Positions 8,456 to 16,871 of a stretch of DNA of 32,000 bases are shown piece by piece. The number at the start of each line of letters is the position of its first letter. Position 1 is the first letter of the stretch. Under the pieces are notes generated by a model. That model did not search any database, was not told the DNA's origin, and worked only from the letters and a program-made list of their open reading frames with translations. The stretch spans positions 5,103-37,102 of the forward strand of contig JAKQBZ010000189.1 in assembly GCA_029559435.1 (NCBI GenBank), in the 5' to 3' direction. The stretch is from Deltaproteobacteria bacterium (GTDB lineage Bacteria > Desulfobacterota > Syntrophorhabdia > Syntrophorhabdales > Syntrophorhabdaceae). A program made the position numbers and the translations under genes.

Positions 8456-9607
8456 TTACAGCGCTGAAAGCCACGCCCCCAGCCTGTCGCACCCTTCTTT
8501 AAGCCTATCAATGCCCGTGGCGTAGGAAAAGCGGACATGAGAGCCGGCCCTGAAGGAGCCAAAATCGTATCCCGGGGTAAAGGCTACCCCGGCCTCGTCG
8601 AGGGCCCTCCCGGTAAAGGCCATGCTGTCAATCCCCCAGCGCTCGATCCCCGCGTATACGTAAAATGCCCCCTCAGGGGTTACGGGCACGCGGAACCCCA
8701 GGTCTTTTAGCCTCGGCACCACGAGGTCCCTCCTTTCCTCGTAGGTTTTCCTCATGCGGCCGAGCTCTTCCGCGTTGTCAAAGGCGCATATGGCCGCGTA
8801 CTGCGATATTGAAGGGGGAGAAATATATATATTCTGAGCGAATTTTTGTATCGGCCTTACGAGTTCGCGCGGGACCACCATCCACCCGAGCCTCCAGCCT
8901 GTCATGGCGTAGGTTTTTGAAAAGCCGTTTACAACGATAACGTTGTCGGATATGGCGAGGGCGCTTCTGGGCCTGTCCCCGTAAGCGAGGCCGAGATATA
9001 TCTCGTCAACGACAAGAAGCCTGTCCTCCGCGGAGAGGCTCTCGTAAAGCAGAGACAGCGTATGTTCCCTGTAAACGGTGCCCGTCGGGTTCGACGGGTT
9101 GGCAAGGACCAGAAGGTCCGGAAGGCGATCGAGGGCGCCGAGATGATTTTGCGTAACCTCGAAACCTGTCTCCTCCGATACCGGTATGGAGAGAATTTCA
9201 CAGTCAAGGAGAGATGCAATGTTTTTATAACAGGGATAACCGGGATCGGATATGCCAAGCGATTTCCCCCGTTCGAGCAGGGCGGCAAAGAGCAGCAAAA
9301 GCGCCCCCGAGGTCCCGTTTGTTATGACGATCCTTTCGGGCGGAATGGCTATTCCGTCTGTCTCCCGGTAGTGCCGGGAGACCCTCGCCCTCAGTTCCGG
9401 GAGGCCGAGGCTGTGGGTATAAAAGGTGCGGTCGCTCCTGATCGATCGGATCGCCTCTTCCTTGATTATGAAAGGGGTGGGAAAGTCCGGCTCGCCGACC
9501 TCCATGTGAACGATGTCCCTGCCGCTTGCCTCCATCTCTTTCGCTTTTTCAAGAAGCTCCATGACATAGAAAGGCGCGATGGCGCCGGTCCTTTTTGCAA
9601 CCCTCAT
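8456..9607 (-). CDS. PLP-dependent class I/II aminotransferase
   Basis: MEVGEPDFPTP, TNGTSGALLLLFAAL, ANPSNPTG, DEIYLGLAYG, VNGFSKTYAMTGWRLGW (PLP lysine), HVRFSYA. Confidence 0.94.
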   Translation of the reverse strand: MRVAKRTGAIAPFYVMELLEKAKEMEASGRDIVHMEVGEPDFPTPFIIKEEAIRSIRSDRTFYTHSLGLPELRARVSRHYRETDGIAIPPERIVITNGTSGALLLLFAALLERGKSLGISDPGYPCYKNIASLLDCEILSIPVSEETGFEVTQNHLGALDRLPDLLVLANPSNPTGTVYREHTLSLLYESLSAEDRLLVVDEIYLGLAYGDRPRSALAISDNVIVVNGFSKTYAMTGWRLGWMVVPRELVRPIQKFAQNIYISPPSISQYAAICAFDNAEELGRMRKTYEERRDLVVPRLKDLGFRVPVTPEGAFYVYAGIERWGIDSMAFTGRALDEAGVAFTPGYDFGSFRAGSHVRFSYATGIDRLKEGCDRLGAWLSAL

Positions 9608-9734
9608 AAGGCTCCTTCTTTCATGTGCGTCCGCGGCTTGCCGGGCGGAAAAAGATATGATTGAAATGTATCAAAAACGCGCTGTCCTGTCAATCCGGAT
9701 GATTCCCCGCAGCGTGCTGCGGAATGACGCTGTT

Positions 9735-9757
9735 CCCTCTCCGCTCGCGGGAGAGGG
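9735..9757. repeat. Short palindromic intergenic element / hairpin
   Basis: CCCTCTCC (9735-9742), loop, GGAGAGGG (9750-9757). An adjacent imperfect palindrome ATTCCCCGCAGC-GT-GCTGCGGAAT lies just upstream. Confidence 0.6.
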
Positions 9758-9775
9758 TAGGGTGAGGGGGCATAA

Positions 9776-11014
9776 TCATGCCGCTTCTATCTTCTGATGC
9801 GCATCATGTTTTTTTCTCACATAGAACTGAAAATAGCACATATTTGCAAGATAGAGAAAGGACAGGCAGAGAAACATCGCCCGGTAGCCCGTCAAGGAAA
9901 GGAGCATGCCCATAACGATCGGCCCGAGCGCCAGCCCGAGATCCGAGATCGCCCGCAAGGTCCCGACGGTGGCGCCGCTTGAAGAGCCTGCGTAATCAAG
10001 GGCATAGGCCATCGTTACCGGGATCAGGAACGAGATGCCCGCTCCCCAGAGCAGTCCCACAAAAATGAACGCAAAAAGGGACTTTGCAAAGAAGAGCATG
10101 GCAAGGACGGCTGCGCCCGTAAAGGTAAAGGTTAGAATGAGCCTTTCCTGGCTGAAAGAGCGCAAGACCCTCCCTCCCAGGGCCCGCCCCGCCATGATCA
10201 TTATTGCCGATGCGGAAAAGAAAAGCCCCGGATTTGCAACTCCGCGCTGTACCGCATAAATTGGGAGAAAGGCGATGATGGCCCCCCAGACGAAATACTG
10301 GAGGAAGCTGGAGATGGCAGGGACAACAACATTCCATTCAAGCAAGGCGTTGCCCCGGGCAAGATCGCCGATCTCGGACTTTTTGCTCCCCCGCCCCTTC
10401 AGCCTCCAGGCACACAGAAAGGCGCAGGCGGAGAGGCTTGCACAGGCGAGAAAGAGGATGACGAAGCTATAATGGCTAACGAAATATATGCTCAGAGAAG
10501 GGGCAATGGCCGTCGCAAGACTGGGCGCCAGCATTAAGTAGCTGATGCCCTGGCCCCGGCATGACAGCGGCAGCGCGCTCACGATAAAGACGAATATGGC
10601 GGTATCCACGCATGCAAGGGAAGCCCCCTGAACGAACCGCACGATCAGCAAGGGCCAAAACCGATGAAATACGGTAAAGGCAAGGAAAGCAAAGACAGAC
10701 AATGTGGCGCCGGCCATGATAACAGCCTTTTCTGAATACCGGAAAAGGATCCCGCCCACAAATGGCCTGCATGCCAATGATGCGACGCCAATGGTCCCGA
10801 CCAGTATGCCTATCTGCTTTTCGCTGGAGCCCAATTGCTCCAGATAGAGGGGTAGCGTGGGATAAAGGGCGGTATTGGTCGCCAGAAAAGCGAAATATGC
10901 AAGAAATCCGAGAATGAAATCGTGGTTCAGTATGTTCCGTAAGCTCAGCCGGGGTACGCTTTCTTCTTTTTGCACTGCATCACACCTCGACAAGCCGTTG
11001 CGAGAGAAAGACAT
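9776..11014 (-). CDS. Major facilitator superfamily transporter
   Basis: 412 aa polytopic protein with MFS-like TM pattern and a GGILFRYSEK loop. It starts 20 nt after the stop of the upstream MmgE/PrpD gene. Confidence 0.88.
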   Translation of the reverse strand: MSFSRNGLSRCDAVQKEESVPRLSLRNILNHDFILGFLAYFAFLATNTALYPTLPLYLEQLGSSEKQIGILVGTIGVASLACRPFVGGILFRYSEKAVIMAGATLSVFAFLAFTVFHRFWPLLIVRFVQGASLACVDTAIFVFIVSALPLSCRGQGISYLMLAPSLATAIAPSLSIYFVSHYSFVILFLACASLSACAFLCAWRLKGRGSKKSEIGDLARGNALLEWNVVVPAISSFLQYFVWGAIIAFLPIYAVQRGVANPGLFFSASAIMIMAGRALGGRVLRSFSQERLILTFTFTGAAVLAMLFFAKSLFAFIFVGLLWGAGISFLIPVTMAYALDYAGSSSGATVGTLRAISDLGLALGPIVMGMLLSLTGYRAMFLCLSFLYLANMCYFQFYVRKKHDAHQKIEAA

Positions 11015-11034
11015 GGAAGATCAGGGCACATGCA

Positions 11035-12432
11035 TCAGGTAAATGACAGGTTGGCCATCAGCTCGCCGATGTCTCCCAGCCGCTCGAGCTTAAAAACAGA
11101 ATTTACAATATGCTCCGATTGGCCTTTATCCAGGAACTGGAGTGCCGTTCCCTCAAACTTCTTCACCAATTCTTCATCGGTCATCGGGTTGAGGCTGTTC
11201 CCTTTCGGATAGTCGATCCGGCGCATGAGCTTCCTTCCGTCCTTGGTAGAGATATGGGCAATGCCGGCAAAAACAAAGTCGTCGAGGCCCGTGTTGGCCT
11301 CCACCGTTACTTTGTCGATGAGGCTTAGCACCACGGGGTTGATAAACCTGTCCGCGGTATACTGGCCCGGCCCGACCGTTCGGTCAACAATGGCAATTGC
11401 CGTTAGATAATAAAGGCTGTGATCCGCCGTCTCCTTGTCTGTCGGAAAGCGCTTCACGAAATCACCGGTATGGTTGGCGGTGCGCGTTGTCGCCTCTATC
11501 TTCACGCGCTCGATATCCTGTGGTTTTAGGTCATGCTCCCTGACAAGCTCCAGCAACGCATTGAGGGCCCCCTGGGTCGTATGCTCCGCGGCCAGGTTCT
11601 TCTGATGCACCTCAAGCAGGGCAGGCTGTTTTCTCGGCGCCGTCAATATCTCCAGATCGTACACGCCGCCCATCACGGTCTGTACAAAGCCCTTATTCCC
11701 CTCGATGATCCTTGCGGGGCCCGTAAAGCCTTTTTGTGCCAGCAGGGCGGCCATGATGCCTATCTGGGCCACCTGGGGCAGCCCGATGTTCTTGGTCATG
11801 TTGTATGGCTCGCCCTGTGTATCGATTATGTCGAGGGTAAGGCCATGCACCCCGGCTATGCCCGCAGCGTCCGCGAGCTGCTCCGCAGAGAGGCCGAGGA
11901 GCTTGCCGGCGGACAGGGCAACAACAAATCCTGCTATGGCAGAATAATGCCACCCCCTCGTGTGCAGGTTCTGGGCAAAGGAGGCGTCTATGAACCTCGC
12001 CGCCAGGTCATACGCAAGCGCTATTGCCGTTATGACGTCCTTGCCGTTTGCATGCCGGCGCTCCCCTACGGCCAGCGCCGCAGGGATCAGCTCGTTGGAA
12101 TGTATGCCGAACCTCAACGTGCCGTTCGTCCTGAAATAGGTATCGTTGTAATCAAGATAACGGGCCATCGCGCCGTTGGCAAGGGCGGCGTTCGCGCAGG
12201 GCACCTTGACCAGGCTGCCGATCATGGTTGACTCCCGGGCCCCGCCCTGGTCTTCCATGACAGAGCGGACGATCCTTCCGGCGTCGCTCTTGTGGGCGCC
12301 TATGGCGCATGCGAGCATATCCAGCACGACCCTTTTTGCTGCATGTATCTCCTGATCGCTCAATGTTGTATAAGAGAAGCCTTCCGTGTGCTGAGCAAGC
12401 TTCCTGCTCACGGACGCGGCATGTGTATCCAT
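11035..12432 (-). CDS. MmgE/PrpD family protein (paralog 1)
   Basis: LDMLACAIGAH, NGAMARYLDYNDTYF, ELIPAALAVGE, IAGVHGLT, ERVKIEATTR, and ADHSLYYLTAIAI motifs. Confidence 0.92.
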   Translation of the reverse strand: MDTHAASVSRKLAQHTEGFSYTTLSDQEIHAAKRVVLDMLACAIGAHKSDAGRIVRSVMEDQGGARESTMIGSLVKVPCANAALANGAMARYLDYNDTYFRTNGTLRFGIHSNELIPAALAVGERRHANGKDVITAIALAYDLAARFIDASFAQNLHTRGWHYSAIAGFVVALSAGKLLGLSAEQLADAAGIAGVHGLTLDIIDTQGEPYNMTKNIGLPQVAQIGIMAALLAQKGFTGPARIIEGNKGFVQTVMGGVYDLEILTAPRKQPALLEVHQKNLAAEHTTQGALNALLELVREHDLKPQDIERVKIEATTRTANHTGDFVKRFPTDKETADHSLYYLTAIAIVDRTVGPGQYTADRFINPVVLSLIDKVTVEANTGLDDFVFAGIAHISTKDGRKLMRRIDYPKGNSLNPMTDEELVKKFEGTALQFLDKGQSEHIVNSVFKLERLGDIGELMANLSFT

Positions 12433-12478
12433 AGGGCCCTCCTCGAGCTTATTCTTTATCCCTGTTGCCCGGACAATT

Positions 12479-13585
12479 TTATGGGCAGGCGGCGAGCTTC
12501 TTTGCGATCATGTCTCCCATCTCGCTGGTCCCCAGCTTTGTCATGCCGTCGCTCATGATGTCATAGGTGCGGTAGCCCTCTTTCAGCACCTGGTCTACCG
12601 TATTTTCGATCGCCTGAGCCTCTTTTGTCAAGCCAAAGGAGTAGCGAAGCATCATGGCCCCGCTCAGGATCGTAGCTATGGGGTTGATCATGTTAAGGCC
12701 GGTGCGGCGGGGTGCGCTGCCGTGTATCGGCTCGTAGAGGCCGGCCAGTTTGCCGCCGCCGGACGGTATGCCGGCCAGGCTTGCCGACGGCATCATGCCG
12801 AGGGACCCGGCGAGCATGGATGCTTCGTCGCTCAGGATATCGCCGAAGAGGTTTTCTGTGACGATCACGTCAAAGTCGGCGGGGCGCTGGATGAAGCTCA
12901 TGGCGCAGTAGTCGACAAGGGCATGTTCGACCTCGATGTCCGGGTATTCGGCGGCCACTTCAATGGCGACCTCTCTCCAGAGATCGGAGCACTTCAGGAT
13001 CTGGAACTTATCAACAGAGGTCAGTTTTTTTCTTCGAACCCTTGCCAGCTCGAAGCCGACGCGGACGATGCGCCTGATCTCCTCTTCCGAATACCTCATG
13101 GAATCGACGGCGCTTCGCCCTTCCGGAGAGCGTATCAATTCTTTCGGCTCGCCGAAGTAGATCCCTCCGGTCAGCTCGCGGACGATGATGAAGTCGACGT
13201 TGCTGACGATCTCCGGCTTGAGGTGGGAGGTGCTGATAACTGACGGAAAGAGCTTGACCGGCCTTAAGTTGGCAAAAAGGCCCATCTCCTTCCGGAGCCT
13301 GATGATGCCGTAGCCACGCTCCGGACGCTCTTTCAGGCCGGGGACCTCGTACCTGGGTTCGCCCACTGCACCGAAGAGGACGGCATCGCTTGCCTTGCAA
13401 AGATCGACCGTTGCCTTCGGCAGCGCCTCGCCGATCTTCTCATAGGCCGCCGCCCCTATCATGCCGTCGCTGAACCGAAACTCATGACCGAACTTTGAAC
13501 CGACAGCCTTGAGAACCTTTACTCCTTCCGCAACGATCTCAGGCCCGACGCCATCTCCAGGCAGCACAGCAATAGACAATTTCAT
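12479..13585 (-). CDS. leuB: 3-isopropylmalate dehydrogenase-like (isocitrate/isopropylmalate dehydrogenase family), divergent substrate region
   Basis: IAVLPGDGVGPEIVAEGVKVL, RLRKEMGLFANLRPVKLFP, VRELTGGIYFGEPKEL, NLFGDILSDEASMLAGSLGMMPSASL, YEPIHGSAP. Confidence 0.82.
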   Translation of the reverse strand: MKLSIAVLPGDGVGPEIVAEGVKVLKAVGSKFGHEFRFSDGMIGAAAYEKIGEALPKATVDLCKASDAVLFGAVGEPRYEVPGLKERPERGYGIIRLRKEMGLFANLRPVKLFPSVISTSHLKPEIVSNVDFIIVRELTGGIYFGEPKELIRSPEGRSAVDSMRYSEEEIRRIVRVGFELARVRRKKLTSVDKFQILKCSDLWREVAIEVAAEYPDIEVEHALVDYCAMSFIQRPADFDVIVTENLFGDILSDEASMLAGSLGMMPSASLAGIPSGGGKLAGLYEPIHGSAPRRTGLNMINPIATILSGAMMLRYSFGLTKEAQAIENTVDQVLKEGYRTYDIMSDGMTKLGTSEMGDMIAKKLAACP

Positions 13586-13634
13586 GACCCCTCCTCCTTT
13601 GGTAATATAATTTTAACTTGTTTTATGTTTCCGC

Positions 13635-14132
13635 CTAAGCATTTTTCATCTGTTTTAACAGCGGTTCAATGCCGCCGCATTCCAGAACCCTGAGCATTTC
13701 GTCAGGAAAAGCCTGAAAATCGAGGACCTTGCCGGTTGTATGGTTTATCACCTTCCGATCGGCAAGGCTTGCTTCCGCCTCGTCGCCATCGTTGCCGAGC
13801 GAAGCTGCGCCCGGGCAGATAATGGCGGGAAGACCGATCGCAATAGAGTTTCTGTAGAATATCCGGGCAAAGGATTCCGCCACGACAGCCCCGATCCCAA
13901 GCGCCTTAAGGGCGGCGGGAGCCGTCTCCCTGCTGGAGCCGCACCCGAAGTTGCGGCCCGCCACGATCATGTCCCCGGGGCTTGCCTTTTGTGCAAATTC
14001 AGGACGCACCTCCTCGAAGGCGTGCCCTTTCAACTCGTCCATGGGGAGATTGATATACTTCCCTGACGTCATGACATCGGTATCAACGTTGTCGCCAAAC
14101 TTCCAGACCCGGCCTTTTATTTTGCTGATCAT
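13635..14132 (-). CDS. leuD: 3-isopropylmalate/aconitase-family dehydratase small subunit
   Basis: GRVWKFGDNVDTDVMTSGKYI, IVAGRNFGCGSSRETAPAALKALGIGAVVAESFARIFYRN. Confidence 0.88.
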   Translation of the reverse strand: MISKIKGRVWKFGDNVDTDVMTSGKYINLPMDELKGHAFEEVRPEFAQKASPGDMIVAGRNFGCGSSRETAPAALKALGIGAVVAESFARIFYRNSIAIGLPAIICPGAASLGNDGDEAEASLADRKVINHTTGKVLDFQAFPDEMLRVLECGGIEPLLKQMKNA

Positions 14133-14144
14133 GGCATTCCTCCC

Positions 14145-15398
14145 CTATAGCCCTCTCGGATCGGTGATTTTGCCTGTTATTGCCGAAGCGGCAACGGTTG
14201 CAGGAGACGCCAGGTAAAGCTCCGATTCAGGGCTGCCCATTCTGCCTTTAAAATTTCTGTTGGTTGTAGCGATGCAGACCTCCCCCGAAGCAAGCAGGCC
14301 CATGTGCCCGCCCATGCAGGGGCCGCAGCCGGCATTGCAGATAATGGCGCCCGACTCGGACAGGCGCATTATGATGCCTTCCCGAACGGCGTCCCGATAC
14401 ACCTCCCACGACGCCGGGATCACAAGCATCCGGACATCGGGGTGGACCTTCCTCCCCGCCATCACCCCGGCGGCCATCCTCAGGTCCTCCAGCCTTGCAT
14501 TGGTACAGGAACCGAGGACTGCCTGGTGGATCTTTATATCACCAACCTTCGAGACCGGTTTTACGTTGTCCACTGAAAAGGGGGAAGCAACCTGGGGCTC
14601 CAATGTGGAGACTTCTTCATGATATACGGCTTCATAGGAGGCATCGCTGTCAGCGGCAACAACGCCGAAATGCCGCTGAGCCCTCTCCATGAGATAGTCT
14701 GTTGTCTTTTTATCGGTTTCAAAAAAGGCGAACTTTGCCCCTATCTCCGCAGCCATGTTGCACATGGTTATCCGGCTGGCGATGCTCAAATCATTGCATG
14801 CCGTGCCCGCGAACTCTACGGCCTTGTACTGGGCCGCTTCGACAGAGTACTTGCCTGCAAGGCTCAGGATAACGTCCTTCGAAGACACCCTCGGAGGGAG
14901 GCTGCCTTCGATGATGAATTTGATGGTCTCGGGCACTTTGAACCAGAGCTTGCCCGTCGTAAAGACATAGGCCATCTCTGAATGGCCGATCCCTGAAGCG
15001 GCCGCACCAAGGGCGCCGTAGCTGATCGTGTGGGAATCGGCCCCAACAACCAGCATGCCCGGCAGAATATGCCCTTTCTCGATGAGCACCTGGTGGCACA
15101 CGCCGGCGTTCTGGCCGTAAAAATGCTTTATGCCAAGCTTTTTTACGGCAGACCTGATGAAATTGTACGTTTCCGCATCCCTCACCGTGGGCGGAGGGTT
15201 CCAGTGGTCAAGGACGCATACTATCCTGTCCGGGTCCCAGGCCTTGTCCACGCCTGCCCTGAACAGGACCTCGCATACCGGCCCCATGGAATCGTGGACC
15301 ATTGCCAGATCTATATCTGCCATTACGTACTCGCCCGGCCTTACGGCCTCTTTTCCTGAGGCCCTCGCCAGGATCTTTTGTGCTGCCGTTGCCCCCAT
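14145..15398 (-). CDS. leuC: 3-isopropylmalate/aconitase-family dehydratase large subunit
   Basis: VGADSHTISYGALGAAASGIGHSEMA, LGSCTNARLEDL, CNAGCGPCMGGHMG, TTNRNFKGRMG. The Fe-S cysteines are present. Confidence 0.9.
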   Translation of the reverse strand: MGATAAQKILARASGKEAVRPGEYVMADIDLAMVHDSMGPVCEVLFRAGVDKAWDPDRIVCVLDHWNPPPTVRDAETYNFIRSAVKKLGIKHFYGQNAGVCHQVLIEKGHILPGMLVVGADSHTISYGALGAAASGIGHSEMAYVFTTGKLWFKVPETIKFIIEGSLPPRVSSKDVILSLAGKYSVEAAQYKAVEFAGTACNDLSIASRITMCNMAAEIGAKFAFFETDKKTTDYLMERAQRHFGVVAADSDASYEAVYHEEVSTLEPQVASPFSVDNVKPVSKVGDIKIHQAVLGSCTNARLEDLRMAAGVMAGRKVHPDVRMLVIPASWEVYRDAVREGIIMRLSESGAIICNAGCGPCMGGHMGLLASGEVCIATTNRNFKGRMGSPESELYLASPATVAASAITGKITDPRGL

Positions 15399-15469
15399 GC
15401 GCCCGCCTCCTTTCTTGAACTATAAAACGCATGTTCCGCCTTGTTCGTTTCTGGTATTGTTGCCCATTT

Positions 15470-16858
15470 CTAAGGCGGCGACTTCCGCAAGATCTCAAAA
15501 AACCTCTCCAGGCCGTCCGTCCTGTCCAGGCCCTGTATGATTGAAAGCAATTCATCCGTCTCGCTGCCCTCAAAGACAGAGCCGCTCAATTGCCAGAACT
15601 TGGCGATCAGCTCGTTTTGGCTCATTGGGTTTTCCGGCTCACCTTTTGGGACGCCCACCTTGTGGGCGTAAGTTTCCCCATTGTTGAGCGTGATAACGAT
15701 CTCGGTCAAAAGGTCAACCGCCCCATGGCCCCATTGAGCGGGGTGTTCAAAACGTATGCATGGTATCAGCTTTTGCCACGAGGCCTTCTGAACTTCCTGG
15801 TCGGTGAAATCACGCATGGTGATCTCGCCGTTCATGATCGACTTCGCTATGCAGTACTCCATGCTGAATTTTGCCTCATAGGCCGTTTTAGGCCTGTGCG
15901 CCGTGGTCATGCCCAACACGAGGGGATTGACCCTGCTTATGATCGAAGCGACCTGTTCCGGCCGGATGGCGTATCTTCGCTTCAGATACAATATGGCGTC
16001 GATGCTCGGATGCGTAGCCCGGCAGCAAGGGTAAGGCTTGAACCCCAATCCGGTCGATATGATCCACCATTCCTTGCCCAGGTCATCGACAGGCATCATA
16101 TCCGGGGAGGCCCGCCCCCCGCTGAAGACCTCGCAGAAACTGGTCTTTCCGTCAAGGACCGACTGGTTGCCCGTCAATCCGCCCTGGGCAAGCGTAGCCG
16201 CGATCACGCCGTTGCGCGCCGCGTTGCCCGCATGCATCGTCTTGGTCATGGTCTCCACGTTCTTTTTTAAGCCGCTTGCCAGCGATGAGGCAATGCCGAG
16301 GGCTGAGCGGGCCCGGGAAGCATCAAGCTGCAATGCCTTCGCGCAGGCGGCAGCCGCTCCAAGGGTGCCCAGTATCGGCGTAGGATACCAGCCGATCGCA
16401 GGGATAGACTGGCCGATAGCGGCCCCGATGCGATAGGTTGCCTCCATGCCGGCCACATACGCAAGAAGGAGGTCCCGCCCCGACAGCTTAAGCCTTTCCA
16501 CAACGGCGAGCGCTGCGGGCAGAATGCACGTTGTGGGGTGAATGTTGTAGCGGGCAGCGTTCGCAAAGGTATCATCGAAATCAAGGGCATGGCCCATTGA
16601 CCCGTTTATGAGGGACGCCAGCTCTGCCGTGGTCATAAGCCCCTGGCAAATGCCGCTCGCTTCCCCCTTTGCGGCAAGCCCTTTCGCATACTGTGCAAGA
16701 ATTGCGACCACCGGTTCCGAAGCCCCTGCGATGGCAACGCCAAGCCAGTCGAGCACCCCCTGCTTTGCAATAAGGATCGCTTCAGGCGGGATGTCTTTGT
16801 AGGCGGCGCCTACGATAAATCCGGCGATCCTTTCAGTATTGGAATTTTCATCGATCAT
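15470..16858 (-). CDS. MmgE/PrpD family protein (more divergent member)
   Basis: GVLDWLGVAIAGASEPV, INGSMGHALDFDDTF, HPTTCILPAALAV, KPYPCCRATHPSIDAI. The start at 16858 (MIDENSN...) has an RBS-like AAAGGA; the track ORF extends to 16888. Confidence 0.88.
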   Translation of the reverse strand: MIDENSNTERIAGFIVGAAYKDIPPEAILIAKQGVLDWLGVAIAGASEPVVAILAQYAKGLAAKGEASGICQGLMTTAELASLINGSMGHALDFDDTFANAARYNIHPTTCILPAALAVVERLKLSGRDLLLAYVAGMEATYRIGAAIGQSIPAIGWYPTPILGTLGAAAACAKALQLDASRARSALGIASSLASGLKKNVETMTKTMHAGNAARNGVIAATLAQGGLTGNQSVLDGKTSFCEVFSGGRASPDMMPVDDLGKEWWIISTGLGFKPYPCCRATHPSIDAILYLKRRYAIRPEQVASIISRVNPLVLGMTTAHRPKTAYEAKFSMEYCIAKSIMNGEITMRDFTDQEVQKASWQKLIPCIRFEHPAQWGHGAVDLLTEIVITLNNGETYAHKVGVPKGEPENPMSQNELIAKFWQLSGSVFEGSETDELLSIIQGLDRTDGLERFFEILRKSPP

Positions 16859-16871
16859 TTGACATCCTTTA

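Noticed and set aside
8347-8562. 5' extension of the small protein ORF upstream of the HDOD gene
   Set aside because: The extension overlaps the aminotransferase 3' end and shows no domain-like sequence. GTG at 8344-8346 has an AGGAGG upstream and starts the conserved part.
13011-13400. 129-aa minus-strand ORF inside leuB
   Set aside because: Alternate-frame ORF within a clearly coding gene and without recognisable motifs.
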